This document shows positions 21,229 through 31,851 of a stretch of DNA of 64,000 nucleotides, piece after piece. A model generated the notes under the pieces. It saw only the letters and a list, made by a program, of their open reading frames with translations. It ran no database searches and was not told the DNA's origin. Source of the DNA: Alphaproteobacteria bacterium. Its GTDB lineage: Bacteria; Pseudomonadota; Alphaproteobacteria; SP197. A program made the translations under genes and the position numbers. Position 1 is the first letter of the stretch. Every line of letters begins with the position of its first letter. The stretch lies in the NCBI GenBank assembly GCA_965228895.1, contig OZ245842.1, positions 2,624,001 to 2,688,000 on the forward strand. The letters are read 5' to 3'.

Positions 21229-21863
21229 GCTTGATGCCCGACCCCGCGGCCTTTGCCGTTTTCCTCACGGCGAGTGTCGTCATCTCGATCACGCCGGGCC
21301 CCGATCTCACCTACGTCTTCGCACGCGGCCTCGCCCACGGCCGGCGGGCCGGCATCGTCTCCGTCGCCGGCATCGTGTCAGGCTTGGTGGTTCACACCTT
21401 GCTGGTGGCGCTCGGCCTGGCCGCCCTGGTCGCGGAATCCGACACGGCGTTCGACATCATCCGCTATGCCGGCGCGGCCTACCTGTTGTGGATGGGCTAC
21501 AGGCTGATCCGCAGCCGCGCGGGTCTTGCCGAAAATGGTTCACCAGACACCAGCCGCTGGTCGACGATCTATTTACAAGGACTCTTAACAAACCTCCTTA
21601 ACCCCAAGATACTGCTGTTCTTCTTGGCATTTCTTCCCCAGTTCGCCGATCCGTCGCGCGGGTCGGTGGCGCTGCAGATCCTGATCCTGGGCGGCATCCT
21701 GATCGCCTGTGGTCTGGTGGCGCTCATGAGCACGGCTTTCGCCAGCGGGTCGCTGCGTCGACTGCTGGCCCGCCATCCCCTGTGGCTTAGGATTCAGAAC
21801 ATCGTGACGGGTTCGTTGATGATCGCGCTGGCCGCCCACCTGCTCGCCTTCGGGCGGCGCTGA
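21225..21863 (+). CDS. LysE/RhtB family exporter
   Basis: ITPGPD, GAAYLLWMG, NLLNPK..LFFLAFLPQF. Confidence 0.92.
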   Translation: MSLMPDPAAFAVFLTASVVISITPGPDLTYVFARGLAHGRRAGIVSVAGIVSGLVVHTLLVALGLAALVAESDTAFDIIRYAGAAYLLWMGYRLIRSRAGLAENGSPDTSRWSTIYLQGLLTNLLNPKILLFFLAFLPQFADPSRGSVALQILILGGILIACGLVALMSTAFASGSLRRLLARHPLWLRIQNIVTGSLMIALAAHLLAFGRR

Positions 21864-21989
21864 CGCGATGGTCATCCACCGCTTGATCTGTGACGTCACA
21901 CACAATTGCGCGGCCACCCCCTGTAATCCGCCATGTTCTGGCCCACATGTTGCGACGTGTGAGGGACGTTTTACCCAGGATGGGACCAG

Positions 21990-23753
21990 ATGACCCGGTT
22001 TTCTGCGTTTTTTGCTGTTCTAACCCTCGCGCTCTTTCCCGCCATAGCTGTAGCCGCTCCCGACAAGGGTGAGGTCACGAACCGCCTGTTGGCGGCGCTT
22101 TACGGCGATTCCGGGGCCGTCGAGACCGACCTCACCGGTGATTTGCGCACGCTTTATGCGCGTACCGGTTACCGGCCGATCTGGTGGCAGGAGGGCGGCT
22201 GGTCGCGCCAGGCGCGCGATGCCATCGCGGCACTCGACGTGTCGAATTGGCACGGAATCAACAACGCACGGTACGGCGCTGACACCCTCGGCCAGCTGAT
22301 GGCCCTGCCGACGGAAAGTCTTTCGGTTGAGGGGGTTACCTATATCGATCTAGCCCTCTCCTCGGCCATGCTGGCCTATGTCGGCGATCAGGCATCCGGC
22401 CGCGCCGACCCCAGCGCGACCAACTGGTATGCGCGCACCGATGCCGCGATCGACCCGGTCGACCTGCTGGTCGAAGGTTTGGGCACACGTGAATTCGCGG
22501 CGTGGCTCGACGATGCGGCGCCGCTCCACGGCAGCTATGGCGCCTTGGTGGTCGAGCTTTCTCAGCTCAACTATCTGACTCCCCTGCCCTGGACCGACCT
22601 GGAGCGCCAGGGCCTGATCCGGGCCGGCGAGACCGATGCCCGCATTCCCGAGATCCGCGACCGGTTGATCACCCTGGGTGACTATCGGGTGACCCGCGGC
22701 ATCAACCCGGTCGACCAACGCTTCGATGCGTCAAGCCAGGTCTATGACGACGCGCTCGTCGCCGCGGTCGAGCAGTTCCAACACCGCCACGGGCTGGAAG
22801 ATGACGGTGTCATCGGGCCCAAGACAATGGCGGCGCTTAACATGTCGCCGGCCGAACGCATGCAGACGATCGCCGTCAACTTGGAACGGCTGCGCTGGCT
22901 GCCCGATCCCTCGCGCTTCGCCGGACGGCATATCGTCGTCAACGTCGCGGGTTATCATCTCACCGCCTATCTGGACGGCGCCGTCGCGCTGACCATGCCG
23001 GTGATCGTCGGCCAGCCGCGTCATAAGACACCGCTGCTGGCGGATCAGATCGTCAACGTGAAGTTCGCGCCGACATGGACTGTGCCCGAACGCATCGCCC
23101 GTCGTGAGTTGCTGCCCAAGATCCAGGAAGATCCGACTTACCTGTCCAGCAACAACTTCCGTGTGTTCGCCGACTGGTCGGCCACTGTCGAAGTCGATCC
23201 CGCCAGCATCGATTGGACGAGCTATACGACCAGCTATTTGCCCTTCATGCTGCGCCAAGATCCCGGCCCCTCGAACGCGCTTGGCCAGATCCGCTTCTCG
23301 TTGTCGAACGATCTGGACATCTACCTGCACGATACCGGCTCGCGCCACCTGTTCACCGAAGCCGAGCGCAGCTTGAGCCAAGGTTGTGTGCGCGTCGGCG
23401 CGCCTGTCGAATTGGCCGACTTCCTGCTCGACGGTCTGGACAAGACGTGGACCCGAGACGAGATCCTGAACGCCATGGACGCGCCGCGGCCGCACTACCA
23501 GCGTCTGGCCGAGCCCGTCCCCGTTGACCTCGTTTACGTCACGGCCTGGGTCGATGACGACGGTAGCGTTCACTATCGCAAGGATATCTACGGCTACGAC
23601 CAGACCCTAGCCGAACAGCTCACGGCAGTGGACAACAACGGTAACGCCACCCTGGTGTCGCTGATGAAAACGCTCGACGGGCTCGATATCGAGCATTTTG
23701 ACGCGCCCGATTCGCCGACCGTCACAGCGGCCCTGTCTGAAGCTGCTAACTGA
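21990..23753 (+). CDS. L,D-transpeptidase, YcbB/LdtD type
   Basis: Signal peptide, PG-binding domain (FQ.RHGL..DG.IGP.T), NLERLRW, RQDPGP.NALG, IYLHDT...S.GCVRV, Y.TAW, DIYG.D. Confidence 0.93.
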   Translation: MTRFSAFFAVLTLALFPAIAVAAPDKGEVTNRLLAALYGDSGAVETDLTGDLRTLYARTGYRPIWWQEGGWSRQARDAIAALDVSNWHGINNARYGADTLGQLMALPTESLSVEGVTYIDLALSSAMLAYVGDQASGRADPSATNWYARTDAAIDPVDLLVEGLGTREFAAWLDDAAPLHGSYGALVVELSQLNYLTPLPWTDLERQGLIRAGETDARIPEIRDRLITLGDYRVTRGINPVDQRFDASSQVYDDALVAAVEQFQHRHGLEDDGVIGPKTMAALNMSPAERMQTIAVNLERLRWLPDPSRFAGRHIVVNVAGYHLTAYLDGAVALTMPVIVGQPRHKTPLLADQIVNVKFAPTWTVPERIARRELLPKIQEDPTYLSSNNFRVFADWSATVEVDPASIDWTSYTTSYLPFMLRQDPGPSNALGQIRFSLSNDLDIYLHDTGSRHLFTEAERSLSQGCVRVGAPVELADFLLDGLDKTWTRDEILNAMDAPRPHYQRLAEPVPVDLVYVTAWVDDDGSVHYRKDIYGYDQTLAEQLTAVDNNGNATLVSLMKTLDGLDIEHFDAPDSPTVTAALSEAAN

Positions 23754-24076
23754 CCGCAGAAAACTTCCTCAACCACTTGATTTAGAATAGTTTTTTGCCT
23801 CCACCGAAATGGTGGAGGAAAGCGTTTTTGCGGCTGCAACAGAACTGCAACGTTCGCCGCCACATTTCCGCCACACTACCACTTTCGAGTGATACCACTG
23901 GTTGGGGCAGCACTCTTGACCGACCTGTGAACTAGACACTTTTCTATTTTGTTTCAATAATTTAGAGGTTGCCGACCAACTCCCCGCATGGGTGACACGG
24001 GGCGTGTCCTTTACACCCTACTCCGGAAGTTGCTAGACCCTCTCCATAGAGGGAGTTCACAAAACGGGACACACCC

Positions 24077-24742
24077 ATGCAGGTTCGGAATGGCGGCCGT
24101 CGCCAGGGGCTTAGTCGGCGCCGCGCACTTCATTTGATCACCGGCGGTTTGGCCGCCACAGCAAGCTTTTCTGCGGTTGAGGCCGGCAAGGCGCTCGCGG
24201 TGCCACTGCCAGGCGTAAAACCGGATTTGGAGGCTGCTTCGGGCGTCCCGATTCCGGGCACCAAGCCCCAGTGGGCTGATCAGGGCCTTAGTCACGATGT
24301 CCGGACGATCTCGTTCGAACATCAGTGGACCGGCGAAAAGCTGAACGTGCCCTATTATGAGCGGGGACATGTCCTGATCGATGCACTTGCAGAGATCGAT
24401 CACATCTTGCGCGACAGCCGTAATGGCCAAACCCATCCGACAGACCCGGCCATGCTGGATATTCTGGTCGCGATGCGCCAGCGGCTGGGCACCGACGGGC
24501 CGTTCTATGTGGTCTGCGGCTACCGTTCGCCCGAAACCAACGAGATGTTGGCCGAACAAGGCGGCGGCGTTGCGAAGAACAGCTATCATATGGCCGGCAA
24601 AGCGATCGATGTTCGCATGCCGAACCGCGACACCGCGTCGATGCACGCGGTCGCCCTTGACCTGCAGGCCGGCGGCGTCGGGTATTATGGCCGCTCCGAT
24701 TTCCTGCACATCGATTCCGGGCCGGTTCGCAGCTGGACCTAA
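24077..24742 (+). CDS. YcbK/MepK (DUF882, peptidase M15) Tat-exported murein peptidase
   Basis: Twin-arginine SRRRAL, GYRSPETN, SYHM.GKAID, GGVGYY....FLHIDSG..RSW. Confidence 0.92.
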   Translation: MQVRNGGRRQGLSRRRALHLITGGLAATASFSAVEAGKALAVPLPGVKPDLEAASGVPIPGTKPQWADQGLSHDVRTISFEHQWTGEKLNVPYYERGHVLIDALAEIDHILRDSRNGQTHPTDPAMLDILVAMRQRLGTDGPFYVVCGYRSPETNEMLAEQGGGVAKNSYHMAGKAIDVRMPNRDTASMHAVALDLQAGGVGYYGRSDFLHIDSGPVRSWT

Positions 24743-24766
24743 ACGCCTAACCGCGTTTCATCGCGC

Positions 24767-25927
24767 CTAGCTCGAAAACCGGTTCGCCAACCGGTTTGAC
24801 GCTTCGTCCAAGATGTCGTCCTGCTTCGAGAAGCAAAAACGCGCGAGGTGTTGCACCTCGCCGGTGCGGTAAAACGCGCTGACCGGCACGGCGGTGACGC
24901 CGGATTCCAGCGTGATCATCCGACAGAACTCCTCGTCCGTGCCGTTGAAACCCAACGGCCTGAAGTCGGCGCTGACAAAATAGGTGCCGCCGGAAGGCAG
25001 CACATCGAAGCCGGCGCGGCTAAGGCCGGCCGAGAGACGGTCCCGTTTGGCCTGCATGTCACCGGCCAACCCACTGAAGTATCCGTCCTCCTTGGCAAGG
25101 CCATAGGCCACGGCCTTCTGCAGGTCCGGCGGTGTGGTGAAGGTCATGAACTGGTGGGTCTTCATGATCGGCGCCAGCAGGTCGGGCGCGCCGACAACCC
25201 AGCCGACCTTCCATCCAGTCAGCGAAAAGATCTTGCCTGCCGAACCGATGCGCAACGTGCGCTCGCGCATGCCCGGCAGGTTGATGAGCGGCAGGTGTTC
25301 GCCGCCATCAAACACCAGATGTTCATAAACCTCGTCACAGATCGCCACGATGTCGTGACGCACGCAGAGCTCGGCAATGATCGCCAGTTCGTCAGCGCTA
25401 AACACCTTCGAGGCGGGGTTCATCGGCGTGTTCAACAGGATCGCCTTGGTCTTCGGACCGAACGCCTGTTCCAGCGCCTCGATCGGCAGTTTCCAATCAG
25501 GCGGTTCCAGACGCACATAACGCGGCACCGCGCCGGCGCGCGCCACGATCGGCGGATAGGAGTCATAGAGCGGTTCGAGCAGGACGACCTCGTCGCCCGG
25601 GTTCAACAAACCAAAGAAACAGTCGGCCAGCGCTTCCGTCGCGCCGGACGTCACCAGCACTTCGCGTTGCCAATCGACGTCGAGGTCATAGAAACGCGCG
25701 GCATGGGCGGCGATCGCCTGGCGCAATTCGGGCAGACCGGCCATGGGCGGATACTGATTGGGGCCTGCCATCAAGGCATCGGCGGCCGCCCGGCGCACAT
25801 CTTCGGGACCGTCTTCATCGGGGAACCCCTGGCCCAGATTGATCGATCCGTGCTCGATTGCCAGTCGCGACATGACCTCGAACACGGTCGTGCCCAGACC
25901 GTCCATCACCTGATTGGCGGGTTTCAT
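24767..25927 (-). CDS. PLP-dependent aminotransferase (YbdL/methionine-kynurenine type)
   Basis: INLGQGFPD, NQYPP, TSGATEA, CDEVYEHL, SAGKIFSLTGWKVGW, RFCFSK. Confidence 0.92.
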   Translation of the reverse strand: MKPANQVMDGLGTTVFEVMSRLAIEHGSINLGQGFPDEDGPEDVRRAAADALMAGPNQYPPMAGLPELRQAIAAHAARFYDLDVDWQREVLVTSGATEALADCFFGLLNPGDEVVLLEPLYDSYPPIVARAGAVPRYVRLEPPDWKLPIEALEQAFGPKTKAILLNTPMNPASKVFSADELAIIAELCVRHDIVAICDEVYEHLVFDGGEHLPLINLPGMRERTLRIGSAGKIFSLTGWKVGWVVGAPDLLAPIMKTHQFMTFTTPPDLQKAVAYGLAKEDGYFSGLAGDMQAKRDRLSAGLSRAGFDVLPSGGTYFVSADFRPLGFNGTDEEFCRMITLESGVTAVPVSAFYRTGEVQHLARFCFSKQDDILDEASNRLANRFSS

Positions 25928-25983
25928 GAAGACCTCCCGGAAACGCCGGGCGCACCTTGCCGCAGCACTGTGCCCGTCGCAAC

Positions 25984-26019
25984 TGACTGAAATTTAGGCA
26001 ATCGCCCAAAACAGCGGCA
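25984..26019. promoter_or_regulatory. Tandem NtrC-like binding sites
   Basis: TGACTGAAATTTAGGCA (25984-26000) and CGCCCAAAACAGCGGCA (26003-26019) are degenerate 17-bp matches to the TGCAC-N7-GTGCA type, about 80-110 bp upstream of the sigma54 promoter. Confidence 0.5.
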
Positions 26020-26094
26020 GCCACCTCTTACAGTTCAATTAAGAAAATCGGTGCAACTTATTGTTTTCTTTGGAAATTCGATTCTTCGCCTGAT

Positions 26095-26110
26095 TGGCAC
26101 GCGACATGCT
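26095..26110 (+). promoter_or_regulatory. Sigma54 (-24/-12) promoter of glnB-glnA
   Basis: TGGCAC-GCGAC-ATGCT with correct GG/GC spacing, 48 nt upstream of glnB. Confidence 0.8.
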
Positions 26111-26115
26111 CTTAG

Positions 26116-26496
<381 letters not shown>

Positions 26497-26543
26497 ACCA
26501 ACCCTCACCGTTTCAACCTTCTCGCATCTAAGGAGCAACAGCC

Positions 26544-27953
26544 GTGTCCGACGCCGAAAGCCTTCTCAAGCAGATCAAGGATGACGACATCCCCTTTGTC
26601 GATCTCCGCTTCACCGATCCGCGCGGCAAGTGGCAGCACCTGACCATTGCCAACCGCATGGTCAACGAAGATTTCTTCACCGACGGCATCATGTTCGACG
26701 GCTCCTCGATCGCCGGCTGGAAGGCGATCAACGAGTCCGACATGACGCTGATGCCGGACCCCTCGTCGGCGGTGATGGATCCGTTCGAGCCGCAGCCGAC
26801 CATGGTCGTCAACTGCGACATCATCGAGCCGTCGACGGGCCAGGCCTATAGCCGCGATCCCCGCTCCACCGCCAAACGCGCGGAAGCCTATCTGAGCTAT
26901 TCGGGTATCGGCGACACCGCTTACTTCGGACCGGAGCTGGAATTTTTCATCTTCGACAGCGTGCGTTTCTCGGTCGATGCCGACCACTGCTTCTACGATC
27001 TGGACTCCGACGAAGGCCCGTACAACACCGGCACCTTCTACGATGAAGGCAATCTGGCGCACCGGCCGCGCGACAAGGGCGGCTACTTTCCTGTCGCGCC
27101 AGTTGACCGCGGCAGCGAGATTCGCTCTGAAATGCTGACGACTATGGCTGCCATGGGCGTGCCGATCGACAAGCATCACCACGAAGTGGCGCCGGCCCAG
27201 CACGAGCTTGGCGTCACCTTCAACACGTTGCTGCAGTCGGCCGACGATGTGCAGAAGTACAAGTACGTCGTGCATCAGGTCGCCCATAGCTACGGCAAGA
27301 CCGCGACTTTCATGCCCAAGCCGGTCATGCACGACAACGGTTCGGGCATGCACACCCATCAGTCGATCTGGAAGGATGGCAAGCCGCTGTTCGCCGGTAC
27401 CGGTTATGCGGATCTCTCGGAGATGGCGCTGTTCTACATCGGCGGCATCATCAAGCACGCGAAAGCGCTGAACGCCTTCACCAACGCCTCGACCAACAGC
27501 TACAAGCGCCTGGTGCCGGGCTTCGAGGCGCCGGTCCTGTTGGCCTATAGCTCGCGCAACCGGTCGGCGTCATGCCGTATTCCGTTCGCGGCCTCGCCCA
27601 ACGGCAAGCGTGTGGAGATCCGCTTTCCCGACCCGACGGCCAATCCCTACCTCGCCTTCTCGGCGATGCTGATGGCCGGCATCGACGGTATTGAGAACAA
27701 GATCCATCCCGGCGACGCCATGGACAAGAACCTGTACGACCTGCCGCCGGAAGAGCTGCAGGACGTGCCGACGGTCTGCGGTTCTCTGCGCCAGGCGCTG
27801 GAAAGCCTGGAGGCCGACCGTGACTTCCTGAAGAAGGGCGATGTCTTCACCGACGACCTGATCGACGGCTACGCCGAGCTGAAGTGGGAAGAAGTCCTGA
27901 ACTTCGAAACGACGACCCACCCGATCGAGTTCGACATGTACTACAGCGTCTAA
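26544..27953 (+). CDS. glnA: Glutamine synthetase type I
   Basis: FDGSSI.GW, HHHEVA, FMPKP..DNGSGMH, NRSA..RIP, adenylylation site KNLYDLP. Confidence 0.98.
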   Translation: MSDAESLLKQIKDDDIPFVDLRFTDPRGKWQHLTIANRMVNEDFFTDGIMFDGSSIAGWKAINESDMTLMPDPSSAVMDPFEPQPTMVVNCDIIEPSTGQAYSRDPRSTAKRAEAYLSYSGIGDTAYFGPELEFFIFDSVRFSVDADHCFYDLDSDEGPYNTGTFYDEGNLAHRPRDKGGYFPVAPVDRGSEIRSEMLTTMAAMGVPIDKHHHEVAPAQHELGVTFNTLLQSADDVQKYKYVVHQVAHSYGKTATFMPKPVMHDNGSGMHTHQSIWKDGKPLFAGTGYADLSEMALFYIGGIIKHAKALNAFTNASTNSYKRLVPGFEAPVLLAYSSRNRSASCRIPFAASPNGKRVEIRFPDPTANPYLAFSAMLMAGIDGIENKIHPGDAMDKNLYDLPPEELQDVPTVCGSLRQALESLEADRDFLKKGDVFTDDLIDGYAELKWEEVLNFETTTHPIEFDMYYSV

Positions 27954-27978
27954 GCTGATCCAGCATGACGTGCTCTAG

Positions 27979-28014
27979 GGGGCGCGGGCCACTTTGGTCC
28001 GTGCCCCTTTTTTT
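27979..28014 (+). terminator. Intrinsic terminator of glnA
   Basis: GGGGCGCGGGCCA-CTT-TGGTCCGTGCCCC followed by T7. Confidence 0.88.
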
Positions 28015-28084
28015 GATCATGTCCCGGCTTGCCCAGGGGTCGGCCTCGGCATAGCGTTGCGGGGTCAACAGCCGGGGGCACGCC

Positions 28085-28909
28085 ATGCGCAACAGCCTTA
28101 AGATTGATCGGGTCACGCCCGCGATCGGCGCGGAGGTCAACGGTGTCGACCTGACCCGGCCACTGGAACATGACGACAAGGCCGCAATCCTGGATGCCCT
28201 GCGTACTCATCTGGTCCTCTTCTTCCGTGACCAGCCGCTTGATCCCGATGCTTTGTCGGCGCTGGGTAACGGCTTCGGATCGCCGCACACCCACCCGGCC
28301 GAACCGGATCTGGATGGTTATCCCGGCATCATGGCGATCCATACGGACGCCAGTTCGACCACCTATGCCGGGCGCCTGTTCCATTCCGACGTCTCGTGCG
28401 ACAAGGAGCCGCCCATGGGCAGCATCCTGCATCTCTATGACGTGCCGGAAACCGGCGGCGACACGATCTTCGCCAGCATGATCGCCGCCTATGACGCGCT
28501 CTCCGACAGCATGAAACAGAGCCTGGAGGGTCTGACCGCGCGGCACGATTCCGCGCACAACTTCGATGGCTACTACGGCTACGACCTCGCGCAATCGCGC
28601 GACGGCGAACATCCGTCCAACGTTCACCCGGTGGTCGCGGTGGAGCCGGAGACCGGACGCAAGTCGCTCTTCGTCAACGAACTCTTCACCAAGCGGATCA
28701 TGGAACTGGAACCCGATGAGAGCGCGACGCTGCTCGATTTCCTGTTTCGGCATATCCGCCAGCCGCAGTTCCACTGCCGGTTCCGCTGGCGCCCCGACTC
28801 CATCGCCTTTTGGGATAACCGCGTGACCCAACACATGGCGCTGTGGGATTACTATCCGCATACACGGTCGGGGCGTCGCTTCACGATCGCGGAACTGCAG
28901 CCGAACTGA
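28085..28909 (+). CDS. TauD/TfdA family 2OG-dependent dioxygenase
   Basis: IGAEV.GVDL, HSD, GGDT.FA, HPVV, WDNR.TQH, R...R. Confidence 0.92.
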   Translation: MRNSLKIDRVTPAIGAEVNGVDLTRPLEHDDKAAILDALRTHLVLFFRDQPLDPDALSALGNGFGSPHTHPAEPDLDGYPGIMAIHTDASSTTYAGRLFHSDVSCDKEPPMGSILHLYDVPETGGDTIFASMIAAYDALSDSMKQSLEGLTARHDSAHNFDGYYGYDLAQSRDGEHPSNVHPVVAVEPETGRKSLFVNELFTKRIMELEPDESATLLDFLFRHIRQPQFHCRFRWRPDSIAFWDNRVTQHMALWDYYPHTRSGRRFTIAELQPN

Positions 28910-28980
28910 CCGCGCCACCAACCACCTGTCAATGACCCGCCGGACGGCGGGCGTCGAAACACGAGCGTAAACACCTCTTC

Positions 28981-30174
28981 ATGACAACACCGGTACCGAC
29001 TCAAGACCTGACGCCCTCGCAACGACGCCGGGGCCTGACGGCTGTCCTGATCGGTATGGCCGTGATCGGCATCAACGTCGGTCTGTTCAATCCTCTGGTC
29101 GCGCTGAACCTGGAGGCGCGCGGCGTCAGCACGACCATGAACGGCATCAACGCGGCGATGCCCTATGTGGCGGCGATCATGTTCGCGCCGCTCGTGCCGC
29201 TTCTGGTCAAACGGATCGGCCTGCTCAACCTTCTTTTTCTGAGCGGCGCCATCGATGTCATCGTCATCCTGGCCTTCACGTTAACGGAGAACGTCTGGGC
29301 CTGGTTGATCCTGCGTTACCTCGTCGGCTTCGGCATGCTGTTCCACTGGGTCGGCAGCGAGATTTGGGTCAATGCGGCGGTCACCGACCAGAATCGCGGC
29401 AAGATCATCGGGCTCAACGGCGCCCTCTTCTCCGCCGGCATGTTTTGCGGACCGATCGTGCTGGGCGTCATGGGTACCGAAGGCAGTCTGCCGTTCATTG
29501 CCAGCGCCTGCCTGATCATGCTGGCGATGTCGCCCCTGCTGATGGCGTTCGGCACCGCGCCCTCCGCCAGTTACGAGCATCGCACCCGATTGATCACCGC
29601 CATACGCAAGGCGCCGACACCGATGCTGTCGGCCCTGGTCGAAGGTGTCTTGTTCGTCGCGCTCTTCGTCCAGTTACCGATCTACGGGCTGCGCAGCGGG
29701 CTGAGCGAAGCCGAAGCGATCACGCTGTTGAGCGCGCTGGTCGTTGGCGGCATGGCAGCCCCGATCCCGATCGGCTGGCTTGCCGATCACGTCGACAGGC
29801 GCCGACTGTTGATCCTGTGCGGCCTGGTCATTTTGATCGCCACCCTGCTGCTGCCGGTCGTCTTCCACAACAGGTACATGCTGTGGATCCTGCTGTTCGT
29901 CTGGGGTGCGGGCGGCGGCGGCCTTTATACGCTCGGCCTGGTCCGGCTCGGCGAACTGTTTGGTCCCGGCCAGCTTGGTTCCGCGACCGCCGCCTTTGTC
30001 ATGATCACCCATATCGGCAGCATCGCCGGCCCGGTGCTGGCCGGCGGCGGCATGGATATCTGGAACCCCCACGGCTTTGTCGTCGTGACGGCGGCGACCG
30101 CGTTCCTGTTCGTAGCGTTCGGCACCTGGCGCTATCTCACGACGCCGGACCAAGCACAGAGCCGATCGCAGTGA
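28981..30174 (+). CDS. MFS transporter (YcaD-like)
   Basis: About 12 hydrophobic segments, E.W.N....RG, GWLAD..DRR motif A. Confidence 0.9.
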   Translation: MTTPVPTQDLTPSQRRRGLTAVLIGMAVIGINVGLFNPLVALNLEARGVSTTMNGINAAMPYVAAIMFAPLVPLLVKRIGLLNLLFLSGAIDVIVILAFTLTENVWAWLILRYLVGFGMLFHWVGSEIWVNAAVTDQNRGKIIGLNGALFSAGMFCGPIVLGVMGTEGSLPFIASACLIMLAMSPLLMAFGTAPSASYEHRTRLITAIRKAPTPMLSALVEGVLFVALFVQLPIYGLRSGLSEAEAITLLSALVVGGMAAPIPIGWLADHVDRRRLLILCGLVILIATLLLPVVFHNRYMLWILLFVWGAGGGGLYTLGLVRLGELFGPGQLGSATAAFVMITHIGSIAGPVLAGGGMDIWNPHGFVVVTAATAFLFVAFGTWRYLTTPDQAQSRSQ

Positions 30175-30489
30175 GTGAACCCTGACAGTAGTTTCCGATT
30201 ACGCTCTGTGCGGCCTGTCACCGTCATCCGACTCCAAGGCTGTTGAACCGGGCACCACGCCCTCGGCGTATCAAGGCATTGGCGAGCGCCACCGCGACAT
30301 CTACGATTGATGTGACTTCCATGGTCAACCGTCATTCACCCGCTGTCGATCAGCTTGTGATGTGCGGGTAGCAAGTCGAGAAAGTCAAGATTGGGCATCG
30401 CCTGACAGCAAACCTGGATCACGCAGCAAAATGCCACATATTCATCGCTTCCTATTGCCCCACCGTCGTCAGCTCATGCCATACGACCG

Positions 30490-31851
30490 GTGAACCAAAT
30501 CGCATTCAATCCGCAACTGCGTTATCTCAGACACAAGCTAACGCATAGCTTCTGGTTCCTGCCGACCCTGATTGCAATGGGCGGCATTGTCCTTTCGTAC
30601 GTCACGCTCTCGTCGAGCAACGACGCCTGGCCGGCCAGACAGATCGTCGGACTTGGCCTGTTCCCATTAAGCACCGAGTCGGCCCGTTTGGTCCTTTCAA
30701 CAGTCACGGCATCGTCTGTGACGATCACCAGTCTGGTTTTCTCCATGACTTTGATCATGCTGTCACAGGCGACACAACAGCTCGGACCCCGATTGTTGGT
30801 GGAGTTCCGCGGCAGCCGCGCGAACCAAACTGTCCTCGGCACCTTTGTCGCCACAATCGCGTTCTCTCTTGTTGCCCTAACCATGTCGGAGAGCTCAGTG
30901 CCCGTGCTAACCGTTGCATGCGCGACGGTCTTGATGCTCGTCTGTGTCGCTCTGCTGGTTTTTTTCATCCATCACGTCTCGCGCCTTCTGGAGGCTGACC
31001 AAATCATTGCCCTGGTCAGCGAAGACATGTTCGACGCCATACCCGACAGTTTTACGTCACGAGATGATTTTCAGAATGACGCGCCACATGCGACCGCTGA
31101 GGACGGCTTACCAGGGTCCGACGTTGCGCGGATTCGCGCTTCAGAAACGGGCTATGTTCAAACACTTGACCACGACATCCTCGTCGACTTGGCGTCAACC
31201 GAGGATCTTCGTATCGAGCTCTTCAAGCGGCCTGGCCATTTTGTCGTCAAAGGCGCCACCATCGGTACGGTCGTCCCGCAACCACCCGATTCAGATGAGT
31301 TCGCTGCGGCGCTTGCCCGCGCGATCGTAATCGGACGGCACAGAACACCGGCCCAGGATGTCGAATACTCGATCAAGGCCATTGTCGAGGTAGCCCTTCG
31401 CGCACTGTCCCCGGGGTTCAATGACGTCTTCACCGCGGTGACCTGCATCGACCGGTTAGGCGCCGCATTGGCCGAGGTCATGCAGCACGTTCCGCTACCC
31501 GCACACACCGTAGATCGACGGGGTCAGGTGCGGGTCATCCTGAGCCGGGTAACGTTCAGCGGACTCATTGACAGTTCGTTCAATGAGATCCGTCAGAACG
31601 CCGAGGGGGCTGTTCCTGCCCTTATCCGTCTCGCGGAAACCCTTAGCCTGTTGGCCGAGTTCATCGTGGAGAAAGAACACCTTGATGCCTTAACACGCCA
31701 TGCCGACAAAGTAGCGTGGACAGCCAGCGTGTCAGTGGCAGAACCTAACGACAAGGCCGATGTCGAGCATTGTTTGCGTAACCTGAGGAAACAGCTTGCG
31801 CATGCCGATGAGAGACTCCAGGACCGTCCGGCGCCAAATGCGCGCGGTTAG
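30490..31851 (+). CDS. DUF2254-like membrane protein
   Basis: SFWFLP, FSMT......Q.GPRL, FIHH, GY.Q..D, R...QD, RALSPG.ND..TA..CID.L. Confidence 0.85.
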   Translation: MNQIAFNPQLRYLRHKLTHSFWFLPTLIAMGGIVLSYVTLSSSNDAWPARQIVGLGLFPLSTESARLVLSTVTASSVTITSLVFSMTLIMLSQATQQLGPRLLVEFRGSRANQTVLGTFVATIAFSLVALTMSESSVPVLTVACATVLMLVCVALLVFFIHHVSRLLEADQIIALVSEDMFDAIPDSFTSRDDFQNDAPHATAEDGLPGSDVARIRASETGYVQTLDHDILVDLASTEDLRIELFKRPGHFVVKGATIGTVVPQPPDSDEFAAALARAIVIGRHRTPAQDVEYSIKAIVEVALRALSPGFNDVFTAVTCIDRLGAALAEVMQHVPLPAHTVDRRGQVRVILSRVTFSGLIDSSFNEIRQNAEGAVPALIRLAETLSLLAEFIVEKEHLDALTRHADKVAWTASVSVAEPNDKADVEHCLRNLRKQLAHADERLQDRPAPNARG

